A stretch of DNA of 53,775 bases from an uncultured bacterium (GTDB lineage Bacteria > Patescibacteriota > Saccharimonadia > Saccharimonadales > Saccharimonadaceae), in the NCBI GenBank assembly GCA_903866605.1, contig CAIPOF010000055.1, forward strand, positions 1 to 53,775. The letters run 5' to 3'. Below the pieces are notes generated by a model. That model was not told the origin of the DNA, did no database searches, and worked only from the letters and a program-made list of their open reading frames with translations. Positions 27,367 through 36,956 of this stretch are shown here, piece by piece; the first letter of the stretch is position 1; the number at the start of each line of letters is the position of its first letter. The position numbers were made by a program, and so were the translations under genes.

Positions 27367-27780
27367 TTATTTTGTTTTTAATTTTTTGTAATTTTCATGA
27401 ACTTTTTTTATTAATCCATCCGTGATGGCCTCGTAGTGAGGGTTGTTAGCAGAACCATTCTTAAGCATGACACCGTCTTCAGCAGCTTTTGTAATATGCG
27501 TGTATGCTTGGTATGGCCTAGGAAGTTTTGGTTGTTCATAAGTCATATGTATGTGCTCGTGTAGGTCATTTGGCAATACTGATTGGCAAATTTCAAGTTT
27601 TCTCAAAGTTAAATACAGTATTTCACTGCCAAATTTTTTAGCATACCAGCAATCATGGTGGTTGCTAAATTCGAACTCATGGCTTAGGTCAATTTTAGTT
27701 TCAGGTAATTGTAGCTCAAAAGCTGGAACTGCAATACCATTTCGTGTTGGATATTGTTCTAACCAAAGACTTTTTTTCAT
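27367..27780 (-). CDS. Hypothetical protein with His-rich motifs
   Basis: 137-aa ORF containing SNHHDCWY and LHEHIHM. I recognise no family. Confidence 0.45.
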   Translation of the reverse strand: MKKSLWLEQYPTRNGIAVPAFELQLPETKIDLSHEFEFSNHHDCWYAKKFGSEILYLTLRKLEICQSVLPNDLHEHIHMTYEQPKLPRPYQAYTHITKAAEDGVMLKNGSANNPHYEAITDGLIKKVHENYKKLKTK

Positions 27781-27969
27781 TCGATCCCCTGCAGAAATTT
27801 ATGTGAATAAGAAAACAAAGAGTTTACTATTAAAGATGATAGTTTGGCATAGCCAACCTTTTCGTTATTAATATTAAACCTAGTTTTATAAAATCCAAAG
27901 CATAAGTGTATTAATAGATGAAGAAATTAATAAAATAAATTACCCATCCACAAGATGAGCAATGTATTT

Positions 27970-28044
27970 TGGTGATCTCGCCGGGGATTGAACCCGGATT
28001 TCCAGGATGAGAACCTGGTGTCCTAACCATTAGACGATGAGACC
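27970..28044 (-). tRNA. tRNA-Glu (anticodon CUC), CCA encoded
   Basis: The minus strand reads GGTCTCA TC GTCTAATGGTTAGGAC A CCAGG TTCTCAT CCTGG AAAT CCGGG TTCAATC CCCGG CGAGATC A CCA. The cloverleaf folds with one A-C at position 7-66. Confidence 0.85.
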
Positions 28045-28100
28045 ATGGGCACTAATTACTCTAACAAATAACAGGGGTTATGTCCAGGGATGCAAACTAA

Positions 28101-28478
28101 TTAATCTTGAATTTTTTCAATAATTGAAATCAGTTTTTTGGGGGTAATTTCAGCCTTAATCAAGTAGGCATCAGCATATTTTTCCATTGCAATTCGTGAT
28201 TGATCATCCTGTTGGAAATTTGTCAGGACAATTACATATGATTTTGGTATTAAATCTTCTTTGCCACCCCTAAGAGCTTCCAATATTTCGGTACCATGTC
28301 GTTCTGGTAACATAATGTCTAGCAAGATAACGTCATACGATTTATTGCGTGCAGCAACTAGCCCATCGTTACCGTCAACTACCCAGTCAATTTCATAACC
28401 TGCTTTTTTAAGACTACGTATATACATCTCGCCGATAAAGCGATCATCTTCAATACATAAAATTGTTTTTGTTGACAT
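28101..28478 (-). CDS. Single-domain (CheY-like) response regulator
   Basis: 125 aa consisting of a receiver domain only (ILCIEDD, VILLDIMLPERHG, VIVLTN, KA). Confidence 0.9.
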   Translation of the reverse strand: MSTKTILCIEDDRFIGEMYIRSLKKAGYEIDWVVDGNDGLVAARNKSYDVILLDIMLPERHGTEILEALRGGKEDLIPKSYVIVLTNFQQDDQSRIAMEKYADAYLIKAEITPKKLISIIEKIQD

Positions 28479-28480
28479 TT

Positions 28481-30025
28481 TTAACTCCTATACATTGAAT
28501 GATTCTTTATCCAGCCGTTACCTTCACTGATTAGGCCTACATTACTATTATTACTCGCTAACAGTTTATCTGCAACTGTAGAATAAATTGGAAGCGACAC
28601 AGTAAAAACTGATCCTTTTCCATCTTCGCTGCGAACACTAATAGTACCACCGTTAGATTCAACTATCGCCTTACTGATGTATAGACCAATACCTGTACCC
28701 GCTACAGATTCACGAGATCTGTGCGATCGATAGAATTTTTGAAAAAGCTGGCTGACAACACTTTCAGGCATACCGATCCCATTATCAGTTACAGATACAT
28801 CAACAAAATTGCCGTTTTGCTTGGCGGTGACATTGACAGAACCGCCATCTCGGCTGTATTTTATGGCATTATCAATTAAATTTCCAAATACTTGGCCAAT
28901 ACTAGCTCTATCGGCTGCAACGGTAGGTAGCTTTGTTGGCAAATCAACATTTAATATCCGATTTTGTGCACCAGCCCGAAGTTTCATATCATCACTTATT
29001 GTGTCGTAAATAGTCGAAATTTTGTCTTCGGCCAGGTTCATTTTAAGATGACGACGATCATAACGTGATGTGTTAAGAATATTATCGATGTAGCCCGATA
29101 AGCGATTTGATGATACCACCAAGCGATGGAATAGTTCTGATTGATCATCTACTAGGACATCAGCTAATTCATCCCCCAAGACATCAAGGTAGCCTCTAAT
29201 AACTGTGATTGGACCACGGAGTTCGTGAGCTGCGAATGAAATAAAATCTAGATTTTCTTCATCAACTATGTATGATTTTGTGCGGTCAATAAGTGTTAGC
29301 ACGGTCTCGGCCGTTGAGCCTTTTTGGTATGAGGCAATTACGTCGAAGAAACGTCTTCCCTCTTCATTAGGCAAGCGATCAGGGATTCTTGTCCAAACGT
29401 GTTCGTCGTGAACTGAATGCTCTTCGCAGGAATCTAGCCATGAATCAAGTGTGTCGTTCCCATTAAAAAGTAAATCAATTATTTTTATACCGTCAACATT
29501 AGTATGAATAGGGGCTGGTTTATTTGCATAAATAACCTGTCGGTTTTTATCAAGAGTTATAAATCCACAAATTGTCGTATTAAGTGCTTCAATAATTGAT
29601 AATTCTTGGTTATCATCTTTTTTTTCAGACTCATCAGTTTTTTGTTTATCTTTTACTGACGAAAGTTCATAGATTTTCTGCAGGGCATCACGAAACCCCG
29701 TTTTCTCATATTCTTTTGTGTTTGGATTCGGTGGTGTTAATGTAGATTTTTCTCCAGAAACATTAATAATAGCTGCTAATAAATCCTTGGTCGGGCGAGT
29801 AGCTGATATAACTATTAGAAGCTCTGTGGCAAGATTTATTACAAAAAAACCACCAAGAATTAGCCAAAACCCGATAGACCCAATGGCCAAAAATCCAGAT
29901 AAAATTATCAAGCAACCAACAGCAATCGAGATTATTATTTGTGAGACTATTATTAGGACAATTTTTTGTTTGATAAACTCTGGCCAAAACTGACTAGCGA
30001 TTTGCGGTCCCTTTTTTATTTCCAT
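28481..30025 (-). CDS. Sensor histidine kinase (two TM helices, PAS-like, HisKA, HATPase)
   Basis: H-box FISFAAHELRGPITVIRGY, with DNGIGM and GTGIGLY boxes. It ends 3 nt before the regulator gene. Confidence 0.9.
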   Translation of the reverse strand: MEIKKGPQIASQFWPEFIKQKIVLIIVSQIIISIAVGCLIILSGFLAIGSIGFWLILGGFFVINLATELLIVISATRPTKDLLAAIINVSGEKSTLTPPNPNTKEYEKTGFRDALQKIYELSSVKDKQKTDESEKKDDNQELSIIEALNTTICGFITLDKNRQVIYANKPAPIHTNVDGIKIIDLLFNGNDTLDSWLDSCEEHSVHDEHVWTRIPDRLPNEEGRRFFDVIASYQKGSTAETVLTLIDRTKSYIVDEENLDFISFAAHELRGPITVIRGYLDVLGDELADVLVDDQSELFHRLVVSSNRLSGYIDNILNTSRYDRRHLKMNLAEDKISTIYDTISDDMKLRAGAQNRILNVDLPTKLPTVAADRASIGQVFGNLIDNAIKYSRDGGSVNVTAKQNGNFVDVSVTDNGIGMPESVVSQLFQKFYRSHRSRESVAGTGIGLYISKAIVESNGGTISVRSEDGKGSVFTVSLPIYSTVADKLLASNNSNVGLISEGNGWIKNHSMYRS

Positions 30026-31104
30026 GTTACATCTCCATTGCTATTCGGAACGGCAACAATCCAAGTTTGGCCACGATCTAGTGGTATGTCTTTGCCCGTG
30101 GCGTCAGTAAAAGTGATTTGGTCTAATTTAGATGCTTTGTGCCAGGTTGCATTGGTGGCGTTTCCATTTTGAAAAATTACTGCCGCACCAGTTCCAACTG
30201 TGGTAATACTTTCTCGATAGCCGTCTTCTAAGACTGTTGATTCATCAACGCGCATTGCAATAACCACGCTAGGAGTGATTTGTCCAGATTCACGATCCAT
30301 GTGAGCTTCGCCGCCCTGGGAGCGTGAATAATTATTATCTTTTGTATTATATACGTAAGAACTATTATATAAAGAGCTACTGATAGTGATATCAATACTG
30401 GTAGCGTCCGTATTTGAACTCGTTTTTCCATCTGTACGACTAAATCCTGTAAAAGTTGATGAAGTATATCCTTTGGCATTATTTAAAGCTTCAAGTCTAT
30501 CAAAGCTAGTGTAAACATTATGTGGTGCATAACGATCGGTTGCTCGCCAATAGCTCCCAGAGTTAAAGAATTGGTCTAAGTCGCGGTAACTTCCATTACG
30601 TATTTCGGCCAAAGCCGCAGCGCTACCTCCAACATGTCCAATGCCAGCGTTAAATGCTGCTAGCCAATCAACGTCATAAAGGCGTAAGCTTCGAACTGGG
30701 CCAATTAATTGAGGTTTTTCTTGTTGATAAAGAACCAAAAAACGTGTTATCCCGCCCTCGGCAATGGCTTCAAAAACTACTCCACTATCTTTAAGACCTG
30801 ATTGCGGACGAGCGTCTGGGCTGTTTTCTATCATAATACCCGTGACTGGTTTTGTCATGGAGGCTTTATCGGCCAATAAATTGCCTGTCAGAGGCGAATA
30901 GTATTTGATAACTGGTTTAGGTTTAGGCTTTTCAACTTTTTTCACTATGGCAACTGGCGTAGCAGGTTTTGAAATAACGAAATAAGTTATTATTCCGGAT
31001 GCAAAAATAATTGTTATACCACAAACAATCCAAACAGCTTTTCGATGCTTGTAAATCCAAGCACGACAATTTGCCCAAAATTGTTTAATTTTTAGTAGCT
31101 TCAT
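30016..31104 (-). CDS. DUF3048 (YerB-like) membrane-anchored protein
   Basis: N-terminal TM helix, then GIMIENSPDARPQSGLKDSGVVFEAIAEGGITRFLVLYQQ, typical of DUF3048. Confidence 0.75.
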   Translation of the reverse strand: MKLLKIKQFWANCRAWIYKHRKAVWIVCGITIIFASGIITYFVISKPATPVAIVKKVEKPKPKPVIKYYSPLTGNLLADKASMTKPVTGIMIENSPDARPQSGLKDSGVVFEAIAEGGITRFLVLYQQEKPQLIGPVRSLRLYDVDWLAAFNAGIGHVGGSAAALAEIRNGSYRDLDQFFNSGSYWRATDRYAPHNVYTSFDRLEALNNAKGYTSSTFTGFSRTDGKTSSNTDATSIDITISSSLYNSSYVYNTKDNNYSRSQGGEAHMDRESGQITPSVVIAMRVDESTVLEDGYRESITTVGTGAAVIFQNGNATNATWHKASKLDQITFTDATGKDIPLDRGQTWIVAVPNSNGDVTWK

Positions 31105-31130
31105 AGCTTAAGCGTTATTATAACAGAAAT

Positions 31131-31258
31131 TGGTAGTTGGTAGTTAGTATATGGTAGGTAGTATTTAGTAGATGGTAGTGAGCCGTTGGCATATCATCAT
31201 ATTTATAGCTACTACCTACTACCTACTAATTACTATTTACTAAATACTACCTACTAAT
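31131..31258. repeat. Long imperfect palindrome built from GGTAGT / ACTACC units
   Basis: The left arm has five GGTAGT-like units and the right arm is their complement. An exact 16-nt pairing joins 31155-31170 and 31238-31253. The right arm overlaps the gltX stop (31247-31249). Confidence 0.6.
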
Positions 31259-32701
31259 TTGCGTAGCAATATCTATGGCTAACTTTAATCGAGAATTCAC
31301 TTTTTCAGGTCCAAGAATAGAAAGCGTTTCGTTTAGTGCTGGGCTAAATGGAGCCCAAGATATCACCAAGCGAATAATACTAAATAGGACAGCTGGTTTT
31401 TGACCAGTTGTTTCTAGCAGAGTGTTCAGATTTTGTTGGATTGATTTTGCATCATTATTGCTAGACGAAAGTGCAATTTGAGCACTTTTTAATAGACCCA
31501 TTATCTCGCCTATGTTCAATTTACTAAGATATTTGTCTTTTTCCACCATATCCCAATTTGGTTTTGGCTCGTCAAAGAAGTAGGATGTTAGTATCGGCAA
31601 ATCGGCCATTGTTTTTAGCCTATCTTGTACAAGTCCAAGAATTTGCATTTTATATTTCTCACTAGCCTGTTTAGCTGACTCTGGCCAAAAATCATGGACT
31701 CGTCTATAAAGTTCATCCAACGATAATCGACGAATCCACTGACCGTTTAGCCATAATAATCTTTTCTCATCGAAACGAGCAGGACTTTTTTGAATTCTAT
31801 CAAGTGAGAATTTTTGTATCAATTCATCGACGGAAAATATCTCTTGTTCGGTACCATCATTCCATCCTAGTGTTGCCAGGAAATTTATCATTGCTTCAGG
31901 CAAATAACCCTCTTTGGCGTATTGTAAAATATCCTTAGCACCATCCCTTTTGCCTAATTTTTTTTGACCGTCAATTGACATCACGTACGGAAGAGTTGCT
32001 AATATTGGCCGCTGTATATTAAGTGCTTCATATAAATTAAGAAATTTTGGTGTTGAACTAATAAATTCTTGGCTTCTTAGCACGTGTGTAATCCCCATCA
32101 TCATATCATCAATAACATGACAAAAGTTATAAGTTGGATATCCATCAGATTTGATTAATATAAAATCATCGATTACTTCTGGCCCAGTTGATAATTCGCC
32201 CATAACAGCATCATTCCAGCGATATGGTTTAGGATCCGATTTAAATCGTAAAGGCTTACTTTCAGCCCAAGTATTTACTGATTCACGGCGATGATTACGA
32301 TACAAGAATGGTATTTTATCAGCCTTAGCTTGATTGCGAAATTCTTCTAACTCCTCCTTGCTGTATGGATCGGTGTAGGCACGACCATTTTCGACAAGTT
32401 GATTTGCCCACTTTTTATATATGTCTAACCTTTTTGATTGAAGATATGGTGCGTTTGGACCACCAATACCTATTCCTTCTTGCCAATTTATCCCCAACCA
32501 TTTTAGACTTTTTTCAATTTGTTCAATGCTGCCTTCAACTTCACGGACCTTATCTGTGTCCTCGATACGCAAGATGAAAATACCATTATTTTTTTGAGCT
32601 ATTAACCATGAAAATAATGCTGTTCTAACACCACCGACGTGCATAACGCCAGTTGGACTTGGGGCGAAACGAGTACGAATTGGTAGTTGGGTTTTATTCA
32701 C
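31247..32701 (-). CDS. gltX: Glutamate--tRNA ligase
   Basis: FAPSPTGVMHVGGVRTAL (HIGH region) and KKLGKRDG (KMSKS-like). Full length for class I GluRS. Confidence 0.95.
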   Translation of the reverse strand: MNKTQLPIRTRFAPSPTGVMHVGGVRTALFSWLIAQKNNGIFILRIEDTDKVREVEGSIEQIEKSLKWLGINWQEGIGIGGPNAPYLQSKRLDIYKKWANQLVENGRAYTDPYSKEELEEFRNQAKADKIPFLYRNHRRESVNTWAESKPLRFKSDPKPYRWNDAVMGELSTGPEVIDDFILIKSDGYPTYNFCHVIDDMMMGITHVLRSQEFISSTPKFLNLYEALNIQRPILATLPYVMSIDGQKKLGKRDGAKDILQYAKEGYLPEAMINFLATLGWNDGTEQEIFSVDELIQKFSLDRIQKSPARFDEKRLLWLNGQWIRRLSLDELYRRVHDFWPESAKQASEKYKMQILGLVQDRLKTMADLPILTSYFFDEPKPNWDMVEKDKYLSKLNIGEIMGLLKSAQIALSSSNNDAKSIQQNLNTLLETTGQKPAVLFSIIRLVISWAPFSPALNETLSILGPEKVNSRLKLAIDIATQISR

Positions 32702-32734
32702 GATACCATAATTATAGCAGACACCACCTACAAG

Positions 32735-33679
32735 CTATAAGCTCGTCGCAATGTGTCGTATTTGTTCACCTGTCAATTTTGCATTACCACTGATTGTGTA
32801 TAATATACCTCCGTTTACCCATATTGCCGCAGTGTTGTCTGAATAAGTATATATTGTTAGTCCACCCTCTTGGGACTCTGAAGTCTGATTATTTGATTCT
32901 TTGTCAGCCTGAATTTTTACAGCGCTAGAATCCCATGAACTTTTTGTTTGATTAATAACAAACTTGCTACTTCCTGTTTTAGCTCGAAATTTAATAGTTA
33001 CTTTGTCGTTTGTATATGAGATTGGTCCATCAACGCTATATCCTTCAGGGCTATATTCTGGATAGGAAGCTTTGATGCCGGCTTGAAAGCTTGCAATGCG
33101 AACAGATATAGTGGGAAAATTTATATAAGTCAAATATCCTAAGATAATTAGTAAAACTGCACAAATGCTGAAGATGCTTATAGCAGTAGAATTTCGCTTG
33201 TAGAAATTATTTTTAGAATTGATATTTTTTGAAGTTTTATTTACGACTTCGTTGACTGGTTGCTGTTTTACAATTTTTGCTGAAGCTTCATTTTCGACCA
33301 TACTGTGTTGTTTTTTGGGAATTAAATTCATTTTTTCAGTGTTTGCAGCTACTGAGTGCTTAAAGGGCTTTAAGTCCATACGTTTTTTTGTTGGGTTCGA
33401 TTTTTTGGGTATTGTATCTGTTTGCTTGGCAAAATGTGATATACTTTTGCTTCGACTGATATCCATTCTTTGGCCAATTTTTCTGATTGGTGATTTAATA
33501 TCCTTTAATATCTTTTGAGGATTATAAGAGCGTATTTTATTCGATCTATGAGCCAGCGAATGAATATTGTTATCACTATTTTTTTCTTGGTTTTGCACAG
33601 ATTTTGCCTTTGTTATTGGCATACCGGTTGTGCTATCGTAATCCTGCCCATTTATACTAACAATTTTGTCATTTTTCAT
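32735..33679 (-). CDS. Hypothetical membrane-anchored protein
   Basis: Basic, low-complexity N-terminal half, one TM helix (AISIFSICAVLLIILGYLTYI), and a roughly 120-aa extracytoplasmic beta-rich domain. Confidence 0.5.
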   Translation of the reverse strand: MKNDKIVSINGQDYDSTTGMPITKAKSVQNQEKNSDNNIHSLAHRSNKIRSYNPQKILKDIKSPIRKIGQRMDISRSKSISHFAKQTDTIPKKSNPTKKRMDLKPFKHSVAANTEKMNLIPKKQHSMVENEASAKIVKQQPVNEVVNKTSKNINSKNNFYKRNSTAISIFSICAVLLIILGYLTYINFPTISVRIASFQAGIKASYPEYSPEGYSVDGPISYTNDKVTIKFRAKTGSSKFVINQTKSSWDSSAVKIQADKESNNQTSESQEGGLTIYTYSDNTAAIWVNGGILYTISGNAKLTGEQIRHIATSL

Positions 33680-33794
33680 TGATTATCTCGCAGATCTTAA
33701 TTCAAACTATTTATTTCAATACATTATATGCAATATTATCATCTTTCAGTTATTTTGTTAAATATATGTTTTTTGATATTAAATTAACGTAACT

Positions 33795-33803
33795 TGCTAT
33801 AAT
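33795..33803 (+). promoter_or_regulatory. Extended -10 element TGCTATAAT
   Basis: TGcTATAAT ends 14 nt before ATG 33818. No SD lies between them. Confidence 0.4.
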
Positions 33804-33817
33804 ATGTATACAGAATT

Positions 33818-35284
33818 ATGAATAAAAAGCTTACAAAGAAAAAACAACCAATAAAACAGATTTTAATCTATTCCATTATGACCATAGCAGTTATTTTGAT
33901 TGTCACTTTGATAACTTTTTTTATGTTAGGATTTAGGTTTGATGTCAATAATGGTAACTTACAGCAGTATGCATTTTTACAATTCAATTCTAGCCCGTCA
34001 GGAGCTTCTGCCTCGATTGACGGTAATGTAATTGGTCTATACACACCAACAAAAAAATCTGTTCCTGCCGGGAAGCATAATGTTGAGATATGGCGTGATG
34101 GCTATCAGACATGGCGTAAATCTGTTGACATAAAAGCTGGCACAATAACGTGGCTAAATTATGCCCTTTTGGTTCCGAAAAAGCTGGCAGTTGAACCAGT
34201 TGCAAACTATGATTCATTATATTCATCTCTTGCATCACCAAAGGGCGACGATTTGATTGTAGAAAAACAACCAAATTTACCTGTGTTCAACTTGGTTGAT
34301 CTTAGCTCAAATACTGTTAAATCATCATCTATCACAATTCCAGCAACACTTTACAGTGAATCGGCAACAATTGGCGTAAATCATACCTTTACTATCGATA
34401 AGTGGGATGAAGGCGGACGCTATGTTTTGATAAACCATACATATAATGAAAAAAATGAGTGGTTGGTATTAGATACTCAAAATGTCAACCAAACGAAAAA
34501 TATAACTCGATTATTTGATTTATCAATTAGTAAAATGGTGTTTTCTGGCACAAGTGGGAATATACTCTATTCATTAAATTCAGGTGACATACGTAAGCTT
34601 GATTTAGCTGCAGGGACGATATCCGCACCACTTGTTAGCAACGTAACTAGTTTTGATATTTACGGTGATTCCAAAATTATTACATTCGTCGGTAATGGAA
34701 AATCTGGCACAAACGAAAAAGTCGTTGGACTATACAGAGAGGGTGACGAAAAATCATCTGTTCTTAGGACAGTCAACGGCCAAGACATTAATTTACAAAT
34801 TGTAACCACCCGCTATTTTAATGCCAACTATATTGCAATATCTGAAGGTAAAAAAGTCGATATACTTAGCGGCAGCTATCCAAATACACTTGGCAATAAT
34901 ACGAATGGCATGAAAATAATTGCCTCCTTTGAGGCCACACAGAATATTGAAAACTTATCATTTAGTCCAACTGGTGAATATGTATTTATTCAATCAGGTG
35001 CATATTTTGCGAGTTATGATTTAGAATATCAGAAATTTACGTCATCGTTGATTGAAGGGAATGGACCAATATCTAGGTTGGGATGGTTAGACGACTATTA
35101 TGTTTGGTCGGATCGCGATGGCAGGTTAACGATTAGGGAGTTTGATGGAGCAAATGTGTATTATATAAATTCAGTGTTAACAGGACAGGCTGCAACTCTG
35201 ACAAATAATGGACGATATCTGTATAGCCTTAATAAAACGGGCACTAAATATCAGCTTCAGCGAGTTCTAATGCTACTGCCTTAA
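33818..35284 (+). CDS. PEGA-domain membrane protein with beta-propeller-like C-terminal region
   Basis: N-terminal TM helix. PEGA signature SSPSGASASIDGNVIGLYTPTKKSVPAGKHNVEIWRDGYQTW. Confidence 0.7.
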   Translation: MNKKLTKKKQPIKQILIYSIMTIAVILIVTLITFFMLGFRFDVNNGNLQQYAFLQFNSSPSGASASIDGNVIGLYTPTKKSVPAGKHNVEIWRDGYQTWRKSVDIKAGTITWLNYALLVPKKLAVEPVANYDSLYSSLASPKGDDLIVEKQPNLPVFNLVDLSSNTVKSSSITIPATLYSESATIGVNHTFTIDKWDEGGRYVLINHTYNEKNEWLVLDTQNVNQTKNITRLFDLSISKMVFSGTSGNILYSLNSGDIRKLDLAAGTISAPLVSNVTSFDIYGDSKIITFVGNGKSGTNEKVVGLYREGDEKSSVLRTVNGQDINLQIVTTRYFNANYIAISEGKKVDILSGSYPNTLGNNTNGMKIIASFEATQNIENLSFSPTGEYVFIQSGAYFASYDLEYQKFTSSLIEGNGPISRLGWLDDYYVWSDRDGRLTIREFDGANVYYINSVLTGQAATLTNNGRYLYSLNKTGTKYQLQRVLMLLP

Positions 35285-36534
35285 CCACTTTTACTTCCAA
35301 ATAGTCGTTCAAGAAGTGTTGGTGAATTTCCAGGGATTGACTTTGTAGTTGAAGTATCATTAACAGGAGCAGCGGTTGATGTACTTGGGTCAGGACTAAC
35401 CTGTTCTGCGGTTACCAGCAATCGATTTAGTGATGTGCCGACTGGGGTACATGTCAGTAGCGTTAATAGTGGTTTTGTGGTCGGATATACCAATTTGTTA
35501 ACTTCATTTGGTTTTACGACCTCTTTTTTTGTCACTGTATAGGTATAGCGTTTTGAATTGTAGTTGGCGTAAATCGTATCGCCGATATTTAGTTTATCAA
35601 GTTGGGCAAATATAAATTTGTAATCTCCAGAATCGAGTAAATCATTGCTGCTGTGGCCAGCAATAACGGTATTCCCAATTTGTCCTGGGTGGCTATCAGC
35701 TCCTGGGATAGCGAATTGAGCAACCCCTTTACTCATAGCCGTCATTTGTGATTCATAGTCGTTGCCAATGTCATAAATTACTGGCACGTCGACATTAATT
35801 TTTGGAATTATCAAACGCGGGTCTGGTCCAACCGCGACATCGGTATTTGGGTTTATGACAATATTCTGTGGGTCAATATTCCCAGGACTGACGTAGGCCA
35901 TAACGTTTGAAATTATTAATCTGTTATATTGCAAAAAAGCAAATATCAAAACGACAAGTAACCCTGAGATTATTGGAACAAAATGTTTACTTTTTTTAAC
36001 TTTTGTTGCTGAATTGTATACTTTTCCAATTAGTTCTTGGCGCATGTCGAATAAGGCCGTTTCGTTTGTAACGATTTCTGCTGACTCGGGCTGAGTTTGA
36101 GCGCGATTTGAAAAATAGCCTTGTTCGGTTCGTGGTCCTGGGCTTGGCCGGTTATTTAATGGTGGATCATTTGTTTCAGATTCATTACGTATTTTTTTAA
36201 GGTGATGAGTATAATAACCTTCGTAGTATTTTTGATAATAGTTTTGCCAGGCGGTATGGTACTGATTCCAATCATTTGTCTGAAGATTTGGCTTTTCGGA
36301 ATGAGTTTTTTGGTATGGATCGATATCTTCTAGAGGTGTCAATTTTTCATCAGAAGCAACGTTTTCACCTTGCCCAGTATCGCTATTCTCATATAGGCTA
36401 TCAATTTGAGATCTTATTATTTTAGCTGCAGCTTCTTGATGTTGGCGTGTCATATTTGTAGTTGCATCAACAGATTGCCCCTGTTGTGACAGTGACATCC
36501 CACTTTGACTGCGACTAGGTTCTTCTGGCTTCAT
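35281..36534 (-). CDS. Sortase-family transpeptidase with long N-terminal extension
   Basis: TM helix, catalytic His region TVIAGHSS, and Cys motif LLTLLTCTP. Confidence 0.85.
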   Translation of the reverse strand: MKPEEPSRSQSGMSLSQQGQSVDATTNMTRQHQEAAAKIIRSQIDSLYENSDTGQGENVASDEKLTPLEDIDPYQKTHSEKPNLQTNDWNQYHTAWQNYYQKYYEGYYTHHLKKIRNESETNDPPLNNRPSPGPRTEQGYFSNRAQTQPESAEIVTNETALFDMRQELIGKVYNSATKVKKSKHFVPIISGLLVVLIFAFLQYNRLIISNVMAYVSPGNIDPQNIVINPNTDVAVGPDPRLIIPKINVDVPVIYDIGNDYESQMTAMSKGVAQFAIPGADSHPGQIGNTVIAGHSSNDLLDSGDYKFIFAQLDKLNIGDTIYANYNSKRYTYTVTKKEVVKPNEVNKLVYPTTKPLLTLLTCTPVGTSLNRLLVTAEQVSPDPSTSTAAPVNDTSTTKSIPGNSPTLLERLFGSKSG

Positions 36535-36555
36535 CTATAGATTCCTGCGTACAGC

Positions 36556-36709
36556 CCTCACAACGTAAATCATTGCGATTCGAAACGCCCTCTCTGGTTA
36601 AAAACTGTCTTTTTGCAATCAACGTATCTATGGATATGTTTCTTTCAAAGAAGACAAGTTTATAGCTCATAGATTTTCGTCTCAAATCCCAACAATTTAC
36701 ATTGTGAGG
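36556..36709 (-). other. 15-bp inverted repeat enclosing 124 nt: structured 5' leader of the sortase gene or a MITE-like remnant
   Basis: CCTCACAACGTAAAT (36556-36570) pairs with ATTTACATTGTGAGG (36695-36709). The single mismatch is C-A on the plus strand and G-U on the minus strand. Confidence 0.4.
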
Positions 36710-36790
36710 ACTATATTTCTATTGTACACTATATTAATGGCTTCTACCGCTAGTGGATAGAGTCGATATGGAAGTCCTTTTACATTTTGC

Positions 36791-36876
36791 GCCGCGATGG
36801 TGGAATGGTAGACACGCTAGACTCAAAATCTGGTGTCCATTAGGACGTGCCGGTTCAAGTCCGGCTCGCGGTACCA
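36791..36876 (+). tRNA. tRNA-Leu (anticodon CAA), long variable arm, CCA encoded
   Basis: GCCGCGA TG GTGGAATGGTAGACAC, anticodon arm CTAGA CTCAAAA TCTGG, variable arm, then T arm GCCGG TTCAAGT CCGGC, TCGCGGT A CCA. Confidence 0.9.
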
Positions 36877-36956
36877 AACATGTATGAACAAATATTGATT
36901 TGTTGTGCATATAATTGATTGCAGCTTGACTATTAGACGGCATCAAACAAAAAATA

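Noticed and set aside
36734-36946. 70-aa minus-strand ORF.
   Set aside because: It is antisense to a well-formed tRNA-Leu(CAA) gene, so it is spurious.
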